DNA from: Balanoglossus misakiensis
Lineage: Eukaryota; Animalia; Hemichordata
DNA: 64,000 nt
Assembly: GCA_040954595.2 (NCBI GenBank)
Contig: CM082598.2
Span: 5,657,097-5,721,096 of the forward strand
Direction: 5' to 3'
Part shown: one piece after another, positions 63,901 through 64,000 of the stretch
Layout: each line of letters begins with the position of its first letter
Position numbering within the stretch: position 1 is the first letter of the stretch
Position numbers and translations under genes: made by a program
Notes under the pieces: model-generated
Seen by the model: the letters and a program-made list of their open reading frames with translations, nothing else
Databases searched by the model: none
What the model was told of the DNA's origin: nothing

Positions 63901-64000
63901 TGACATTGTTCTCATGCTCCTCCTTCATTACTTACAGAATGGAGACACACCTTTGCACTCTGCAGCAAGGTATGGTGATGAAGGCCTTGTCAAATTGTTA
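60953..64000 (+). CDS. Ankyrin-ROCO paralog, copy 3, 5' part (runs off the window)
   Basis: Exons 60953-61009 (MGNFCCKKTRPSRKYEDPG), 61584-61649, 61759-61824, 62192-62305, 62543-62638, then ANK exons at 62930, 63192, 63431, 63693 and 63938 (partial). Roc-COR is not in the window. Confidence 0.75.
61164..61458. mobile_element. MITE
   Basis: TIR ATAGCTACAATGATTGTAGCGG / CCGCTACAATCATTGCAGCTAT; absent from the equivalent intron position of copies 1 and 2. Confidence 0.6.
62900..64000 (+). repeat. Tandem array of at least five ankyrin exon+intron units (cut by the window end)
   Basis: Exon starts 62930, 63192, 63431, 63693, 63938. Confidence 0.95.

Overview
AT-rich, intron-containing eukaryotic DNA, probably an invertebrate animal (inferred from gene content; the species cannot be determined from the sequence). 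The window is a tandem segmental duplication with two complete units and the start of a third. Each unit carries a + strand spliced gene for a kinase-less, DAPK-like ROCO protein: MGNFCCKK lipidation-type N-terminus, 22-aa acidic linker exons, an ankyrin array, Roc GTPase, COR and a death-domain-like C-terminus. The two complete units also carry a convergent - strand C2H2 zinc-finger gene. The main signal is the ankyrin array. It is built of 99-nt phase-0 exons, one repeat each (9, 8 and at least 5 copies), separated by near-identical ~150-nt introns. Amino-acid variation is concentrated at the residues that form the ankyrin binding surface (the positions randomised in DARPin libraries), which suggests a diversifying, NLR-like sensor family. 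Three other coding tandem repeats also differ in copy number between paralogs: linker exons (1/5/2), a 42-aa repeat inside the death domain (1/6) and identical zinc fingers (8/22). Introns and spacers hold many non-autonomous DNA transposons, several confirmed by empty sites in the paralogs. All gene models were built by hand from GT-AG sites and frame continuity; there is no expression evidence.
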